Below the pieces are notes generated by a model. It ran no database searches. It saw only the letters and a program-made list of their open reading frames with translations, and was not told the DNA's origin. This document shows positions 9,100 to 15,478 of a stretch of DNA of 15,478 bases, piece by piece (position 1 is the first letter of the stretch; each line of letters opens with the position of its first letter). Both the position numbers and the translations under genes were made by a program. Source of the stretch: Octopus sinensis (taxonomy: Eukaryota); assembly GCF_006345805.1 (NCBI RefSeq), contig NW_021825418.1, positions 1 to 15,478 on the forward strand, in the 5' to 3' direction.

Positions 9100-10700
9100 T
9101 CATACGGGCATTGAGGGAGAAGTGGAGGAAAAGAGTGAGAAGGAGAGTGGGGTTAATGATGTAGGAAAGAAGGAAGGAGAGTGATAAAATAATCATTTGA
9201 GGAGAAAGGAGCTGTGGTATTTAACAGAAGTCATGTGACGAAGATAAGGAAATTGTATTAAAAGAGACAAGAAAATCGGGGGAGAGAGATGTTGAGAAAG
9301 AGAAAGCGTGACAGAGATAGACTGAGAGTCAGTCAGACAGATAGACAGACAGCCTGACAGACAGAAAAACAGACGGATATTTTAAAGGACACACGACAGA
9401 TGAGTGTCAGACGACGGGTGGTTGTAGACAGTATAGTTTGGTTAATTACGGATTATTTAAACCAGAGAAAAAAGTGGTAGGGGAAATAAACTTGGAATGG
9501 AGTGTAGAGTGACGTGGAGGTGAATGTCGTATACTGAGGCAACGTGATGAGTTGGGTATGTAGGTTTGTGGGTAAATATCTAGGAAGATGGGGGAGGAGA
9601 AGTGTATTAGTGCGTAGTTAGATATGTAAGTATCAGCGAGGGTTGTTTTAGGCATAGTGGGGCTGATTGTGGAGATGGTGGTAGTTATGATGGTGATAGA
9701 GTTAGTTGTTGTGGTGGTGATGCTAGTTTGATAATTGTGGTGGTAATGGTTATGTAGATGGTGGGGATGGTAATCATTGTGGTTGTAGCGTTGATAGCGG
9801 TGGTTGTGGTAGTGGAAGACGATGGTGATCACGTTGGTGGTTGTGGGGTTAGTTAATAATAATGATGATGATGGTGGTGGTGGTATGAATATTTGTTATG
9901 GTTGTGATAGTAGTAGTAGTAGTAGCGATAGTATTGTTGGTAGCATTGGCCATGATGATGGTGGTTATTTTGTAGTCAACGACAGCAGTAGTGATTGTTA
10001 TGGTTGTAGTACTGGTGGTGGTGTGGCGGTGGTGGCAGTGATGAGAATGCAGCTGTGCTTGTGATGGCATGGTTAAAATTCATATACGGAACTGAAGTGC
10101 GATAGGTAAATTCATGGAGTATGTTAAAACTTGCTGGGTGCTGAGTGTAGGGTTAGGGATGGTGGCGTTGGCATTGGCTTTGGTGGGGAGCAGTAAAGAA
10201 AGAGAAACGTGGGGGAAGTGAAATGAGGAGGTGTTAGATGAAGAATTACGAGTCTCTTAGACGAACGCCAAATGAGATGTTGAACTAATGGTGATGCTTT
10301 TGGAGAATGATGTGACGGCAGGAGTGAGGTATGTGTAAGGAGGTGGATCAGTGGTGGTGTGTGGTGTGGTGGGAAGAAATTGGGTGGTAAGGAATGGGTA
10401 AGTGGCTTGAATAATTTGATGGTGTGTAGTCGTTGGATGGATAGATAGAGAAACCAAGACGAAATTAGCTGGACGTGGGAGTATGGAGTGAACAATGGTA
10501 CAGAGAGAGAGAGAGTGAGTGAGAGAGTGAGAGAGAGAGGTACACAAACAGACAGAAAGACAGTCAGGGAGAAGAGGGATGAAGAGGACGATGTGGTGCA
10601 AGAGCGAAAGAAGGAAAAGTTGTACGATGCAGGAGAGAGTTCGTGTTGATTAGAGGAAGAAGTGTGAGATAACAATAGATGAGAAGAAATGGTTGAATCA
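9100..10700 (+). repeat. G-rich, C-poor low-complexity tract (decayed GA, GACA, GTG, GAT and TAG repeats)
   Basis: Visual composition; translations are homopolymeric. Boundaries are approximate. Confidence 0.8.
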
Positions 10701-10892
10701 TATCCTGTCTCTCAGTTTCTCTCTCATCCAAAGCATCAGCAGCACATGCATACACACACACACACATACGCAAATACCTATAATTTAAGCACAAACACAC
10801 ACACATATATACATACATATATTTATATATATAAACATACATGTGTATATGTGTGCATATATATGTGTGTGTGGTGTGTGCGTGTATGTGTA

Positions 10893-11050
10893 AGGAGTGG
10901 CTGTGTTGTAAGTAGCTTGCTTCCTAACCACATGGTCCCGGGTTCACTCCCACTGCGTGGCACCTTGGGGAAGTGTCTTCTATTATAGCCTCGGGCTGAC
11001 CAAAGGTTTGTGAGTCGATTTGGTAGGCGGAAACTGAAAGACACCCGTCG
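10893..11050 (+). mobile_element. SINE family A, 5' half only
   Basis: Aligns to the head through GGAAACTGAAAG...GTCG and the internal (TA)n. The 3' half is missing. Confidence 0.8.
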
Positions 11051-11079
11051 TATATATATATATATATATAATATATATG

Positions 11080-11114
11080 CAGTAGTACCCCGGTATTCGC
11101 GGGGATTACGTTCC
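11080..11114. mobile_element. pogo/Tigger-like terminal inverted repeat
   Basis: CAGTAGTACCCCGGTATTCGCGGGGATTACGTTCC resembles MER2/Tigger-type termini and follows a TA run. Its position fits the 3' end of the minus-strand transposase. Confidence 0.6.
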
Positions 11115-11232
11115 TAGAGCACTCGCGAATAGTGAAAAACCGCTAATATTGGACGTGGTCGATACAAATGTCTACAAATGTCAAAATATAACGTAATATA
11201 TTATAAATAAATAAATAAGTATATATATACAC

Positions 11233-11297
<65 letters not shown>

Positions 11298-11299
<2 letters not shown>

Positions 11300-12088
11300 T
11301 ACTGACGTACCCTACCCGGTAATTCCCGAGAAAGCGGGGCTTGTCCCTTCGTTCCGTTCTCTTAATTGTTTCGCTAATCCAATAACAACAATACAAAGCG
11401 TGTAGCCCTTAAAATGGTTTTTATGCATTTACAGAGAATACTGAACTGTCTTACGCAAGATCTTGTTTTTAGGAGTTCTCAATAAGTTATGAATACCCAA
11501 ATTGTGAAGTCAGTTATGAAATAACATGAAAATAGTTACCCGATAGTAAGAATTCAAATAAAATAGGCCAGAAAAGGGCTTTAATGCGTTCCCAGAGTAT
11601 ATAGAACATAGACGGAAATACTAAAAAGTTATGTATACTAAAATCGTGAAGCATGTTACGTAATGATAAGCTAATCAGATAAGAGATTATAATTCAAAGT
11701 AAGTAACTCTGAAGACTATTACTCTCAGAAGCGCTAGTGTTGGTATATTCGTGAATAAGTCATTAACCGAAATAAGTACATCTATTGTTTAGGAAAATGA
11801 ATGAGTTATTTCCTTTGGTTATATATAAGCATCCCTTCCAGTGGCGAATGGGTTATTTTCCTTGACTTTTTAAATAACATATATTCTATATATATATATA
11901 TATATATAAGGATTCCCTCCAGGGTCGCTATTATCGATTTTTCAACAATCTGAGTATGCCATGACGTTTCTAGACATGACTTCTACTCACGTGTCAAGTT
12001 TCATCGAAATTGATAAAACGATGTTGGAGGAGTTAGCTAACAACTCCACAAACACCCCAAAGACCAGAATTTCTCACATACGTAGTAT
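11298..12088 (+). mobile_element. Possible non-autonomous Helitron-like insertion
   Basis: Bounded by TA runs. The 5' end ACTACTGACGTACCC...CCCGG and the 3' region CAAGTTTCATCGAAAT...GGAGGAGTT...ACAAAC...TAGTAT resemble Lep1-like Helitron ends. Resemblance only. Confidence 0.35.
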
Positions 12089-12579
12089 ATATATATATAT
12101 TATATATATATATATATATTGTGTGTTGGTGTGTTGTGTGTGTTGTGTGTGTGTGTATGTAAAACCGAGGTTGGTGTTGATCCAAAGTCAGTGACCATCT
12201 ATGATGAAACTGGTATGACTCTATAATGACTCATAATAATAATGATTTTAATACTTCTTAATTCCATCTCAAACCATTTATTTGTATGTATATATCTTTG
12301 CTTTCCTTAGAAACGCCATTACTTTTATACCTAGTGTGCATTTTCCTTGTTTCTTTTTACTTTTCCCCTATACACACATACACACACACACAAACACATA
12401 TGTATATATGTACAATACTTAATTATAATTTAATAAAAAAAATAAAGTAAAATGTACGGTTACTTACCAATAATGATTGATATTGATTTAAGATGATGAA
12501 TACAATGAAAGTAATGACTGCACAGTAAAGAAGATTTAAAACTCTTTGGGTGACGCCTGTCGTTCAGGTGTTGTAGGGG

Positions 12580-13236
12580 ACGTTGTATCTTCGTGCAAGG
12601 CTTTCTTGGTGGGATGAGGAACATTCTGATGAGAAGTTGCTGTTGTTGTTTCTTCATGGTGGTGAGGAGAGTTGTATGTGAGGAGAGTTCCGGGAGCATC
12701 GATGGCATCTTTTAATTGGAGAGACCGAGCCATATAGAGATTCCATTCTTCCGCCTTCTTCTGCAATTCCTTTGCTATATTTAAAAGGTCGGACAGACGT
12801 TCGATTCCTAGGCCAACCTCATTCTTCTCTTCTTCTGCATCTGGCGCTTCCTCTTCGCTCACAGACTTCGTTATCTCGAACAAATCTTCGTCTGTCAGGG
12901 TTTCATAGTAGGTATTGATGAGGTTGTTGACCTCATCTTGCGTAATGTCATAAAAACTTTGTCACCAAATATCTTCGCCGGTAACACCGCATTGTTGAAT
13001 GCCTCATGCTGAATATCTTCAGATAAGAAGCCCTCGTAGTCCTGGACACACTCTGGCCACATCTTCCAGCATGCAATGAGGGTTTCTTTTTTCATGCCTT
13101 TAAGAGTAGCATGGGTGACTGACAGGCATGTTGCGATCGTGAAGTTACGCCAGTACTCCTTTAACATGAAATTCTCATCCGATTCCATTGCGTCCACAAG
13201 TTGGAGAAAGTTTCGAGTGATAAGTGCTTTGAAGGC
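12580..13236 (-). pseudogene. pogo/Tigger transposase remnant, C-terminal part of DDE_1 and tail
   Basis: AFKAL.TRN..LVDAMESDENFMLKEYWRNFTIATCL...LIACWKMWPECVQDYEGF...TLTDEDLFE matches the TIGD1/Tigger pattern FK..Y.R...W...TI...W..L.P....FEGF. Truncated at about 13236. Confidence 0.8.
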
Positions 13237-13237
13237 A

Positions 13238-13287
13238 CGCGCTCTTAACCACTACGCCATATGCCTGGCGTAGTGGTTAAGAGTGCG
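13238..13287. repeat. 22-bp hairpin: inverted duplication of the tRNA-like head
   Basis: CGCGCTCTTAACCACTACGCCA (13238-13259), loop TATGCC, then TGGCGTAGTGGTTAAGAGTGCG (13266-13287). One G:T pair. Confidence 0.97.
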
Positions 13288-13334
13288 GACTACTAACCCC
13301 AAGATTCCGAGTTCGATTCCAGGCAGTGACCTGA
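13266..13334 (+). promoter_or_regulatory. tRNA-derived head with Pol III A and B boxes
   Basis: A box TGGCGTAGTGG (13266-13276) and B box AGTTCGATTCC (13310-13320) at tRNA-like spacing. Confidence 0.8.
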
Positions 13335-13336
13335 AC

Positions 13337-13400
13337 AATAATAATAATGATAATGATAATAATAATAATGATAATAATAATAATAATAATAATAATAATA
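13337..13400 (+). repeat. (TAA)n/(TGA) microsatellite
   Basis: Direct reading of the sequence. Confidence 0.96.
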
Positions 13401-13960
13401 GATGCAGTACCAGGCAAAGGCTCTCATGCTTCTGATCTTAACTGATTGGAAGTTGTTTCATGTACATTGTTTTGTCTTGGTATATAAGATGGGCTACAGC
13501 ACATATTCTGCTCAATACCACAGATTTGCTTGTCAGTTGTTTGATGACCTTAACCATTGAGCATGTCCCTTGGTGGCTGACGATATGTTGCATCTCTGAT
13601 CACGAGCAGAGTAGTGGGGGAGCATCATAGTGCCCTGTGTTGAGAGGGATTCTTTGAGGTTTGAATAGTTTTCACCTCTGGAAACATGGGTGGTTTCTTT
13701 CAACATCCCTTAAACAACCCTTATCAGGGACCGTTTGATTTGAGCGGGATGGGCTACTCAACCTGAAGAAATTCTAACTGGGCCCCACCTGCAAGGTCAT
13801 GTGCTGTTTTATCTTGATATGAGATCACCATGTCGCGCACATATGGTTGTGATGCATGGTGCCTGGTGTACCTTTTCAACGGTGTAGTCATGATTGGTAT
13901 ATTGGGCTTCGTATATTTTACCCCGTGTCACTTTGTATGGCATGAACTGCTCTCTCACTC
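13401..13960. mobile_element. Unclassified 560-bp non-coding insertion within a (TAA)n array
   Basis: Complex sequence with sharp edges and (TAA)n on both sides. No ORF, TIR or Pol III boxes seen. Repeat status is inferred from context. Confidence 0.5.
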
Positions 13961-14117
13961 AATAATAAAATAATAATATAATAATAATAATATGATTATG
14001 ATGATAATATAATAATGATAATAGTAATAAATAATAATAATAATATATAATAATAATAATTATAATAAAATAATAATAATAATGATGATGATGATGATGA
14101 TGATAATAATAATAATG

Positions 14118-14154
<37 letters not shown>
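13961..14154 (+). repeat. (TAA)n/(GAT)n microsatellite
   Basis: Direct reading of the sequence. Confidence 0.96.
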
Positions 14155-14156
<2 letters not shown>

Positions 14157-14324
14157 TCAAAAAATACCTTAGCAATGAGACATCTCAATCCCAAGACACC
14201 TTATCCCAAGACACCTCATCCACAAGACATCTTATGAAGGCTGGAGGGTATATCAGCTGAAACGTTAACAACAAAAAGGATGAGGACAAAATTCCGTGAA
14301 AAGTAAATAATGTAAATAATGTAC
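14155..14324 (+). mobile_element. Element tail with a degenerate minimal hammerhead-like motif (14226-14266)
   Basis: CTTATGA (14231-14237), A, GGCTG/CAGCT stem (14239-14258), GAAAC-GTT with AACGTT palindrome. Ends in (GTAAATAAT)2-GTAC. Confidence 0.45.
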
Positions 14325-14433
14325 TCTGGAAAATTTTACAGATTTTTACAGTTCCATTGATGGCTTGGATCTGTAGTCTGCGAATCAAATTTCTGCTTTC
14401 TGGTTTTGAGAAGTCTAATTTCTCAAGATTGGT
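14325..14433 (-). pseudogene. Possible C-terminal fragment of an RLE-type non-LTR ORF
   Basis: TNLEKLDFSKPESRNLIRRLQIQAINGTVKICKIFQ resembles the terminal helix of RLE LINE ORFs (compare VQKIVLTGTSHVLRRAL in the R4 above). Short match. Confidence 0.4.
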
Positions 14434-14468
14434 GTGTGTGTATGTATGTACGTATGTATGTATGTATG

Positions 14469-14502
<34 letters not shown>

Positions 14503-14649
14503 TGTATGTATGTATGTATGTGTGTATGTATGTATGTATGTATGCATGTATGTATGTATGTATGTATGTATGCATGTATGTATGTATGTGTGTATGTGTG
14601 TATGTATGTATGCATGTATGTATGTATGTATGTATGTATGTATGTATGC
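14434..14649 (+). repeat. (TATG)n microsatellite
   Basis: Direct reading of the sequence. Confidence 0.98.
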
Positions 14650-14717
14650 AGATGTGGAGGTGGTTAAGGTGTTGAACTCGTTGTGGTGTTTATATTTTTA
14701 ATATAAAATAGTAACAA

Positions 14718-14924
14718 GACGCCGAGCTGGCGGAATCGTTAGCACGCTGGGCAAAACACTTAGCCACGTTTCGTCCGTCTTTATGTTCTGAGTTCAAATG
14801 CCGCTGCTGTCGACTTTAACTTCCATCCTTTCAGGATCGTTTTGATAAGTACCAGTTGAACACCGAGGTGGATGTAATCGACTTATTCTCTTCCTCGAAA
14901 TTGCTGGCTTTCTGTAAAAATTTG
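14718..14924 (+). mobile_element. tRNA-derived SINE, family C, diverged
   Basis: A-box-like TGGCGGAATCG and B box GAGTTCAAATGCC (14790-14802). Central GTCGACTT..TTCCATCCTTTC...TAAGTACCAG resembles a conserved SINE core domain; superfamily not assigned. Confidence 0.7.
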
Positions 14925-15478
14925 TATTCAATATGAAATAGAAACACACATGAGCCTCTGGCCAGATACAAATATTTTCATTCTATATTATATTAGATAT
15001 TTCATTTATATATTTGCTAACGTACCGCATTTGATGGCATTTTAGAAGCACTTTCCCCACCCCAAAAATTTTGTCTGAAAAAGCTGCGCATGTGTAAAGA
15101 CCTCAAGTTATATTTCCTCACCCGCACCACCAATTCAAGTTACTTCCTGGTAATCTCGATTCGATTTCAAATTGCCTTCGTGGTTGTTCTGAACCCGATT
15201 CCAAATTATCCCTATACCGTTCACATTACCTTCTCTCTTATTTCGCCAAAATAATAAGTTCCAACACTTACAACTCATGTGCAGAGCATTCAATACGGCT
15301 GACATTCAAGATTGCAAATTCATCTTAAAATATAAAAATAACAACAAAATACTTGATACTTAAGTACCCAATCATATTCTATGATGCCTTTAAAACACAC
15401 AGGCACCACACACACAACACACACACACACCCCACATTGTGAACATCAGTAATTCTGAGTTAGCAATTTTGGGAAATG

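Noticed and set aside
9446-10675. His/Thr/Ser-rich ORFs
   Set aside because: Low-complexity tract with no domain signature or splice support.
357-11050. Recurring SINE segments as a CRISPR-like or regulatory array
   Set aside because: Dispersed 400-bp retroposon copies in eukaryotic DNA, with no regular repeat-spacer period.
12163-12177. AACCGAGGTTGGTGT as the resumed 3' half of the SINE at 10893
   Set aside because: A 13/15 match only; similarity does not extend.
13266-13334. Functional tRNA gene
   Set aside because: A and B boxes are present, but the acceptor stem does not pair and the anticodon stem is weak; no Pol III T-run terminator follows.
14650-14680. GTGGTTAAGGTGTTGAACTC, a possible family B SINE head fragment
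   Set aside because: Too short, with no B box or body.
14185-14701. Overlapping ORFs rich in MYVC/HTYI
   Set aside because: They are translations of the (TATG)n microsatellite.
15016-15155. GCTAAC branch point and TTTTAG acceptor (15045) with a downstream open frame
   Set aside because: The peptide is unrecognisable and the donor is weak; not supportable without transcripts.

Overview
Repeat-saturated, gene-free eukaryotic DNA. The SINE families and microsatellite style look like an octopod cephalopod (recalled from memory, not database-checked). No host exon is confidently identifiable. The window holds a near full-length R4/Dong-clade non-LTR retrotransposon (RT, CCHC finger, restriction-like endonuclease) inside a (TAA)n array, several tRNA-derived SINE copies from three families, an internally deleted Tc1/mariner, a pogo/Tigger remnant with nested insertions, and many microsatellites. 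The ORF track hides two things. First, five hammerhead-ribozyme-like motifs of four unrelated sequence types: two in the arms of a 452-bp foldback, two in tandem at 5867-6048, and one in the tail of an apparent tRNA-headed element with a hairpin-sequestered A box. All five deviate from the canonical fold, so activity is unproven; the architecture resembles Penelope-like element pseudo-LTRs and Sm-alpha-type SINEs. Second, the R4 ORF lesions are mostly 1-bp homopolymer indels, so this copy may be intact and only appear broken through assembly error.
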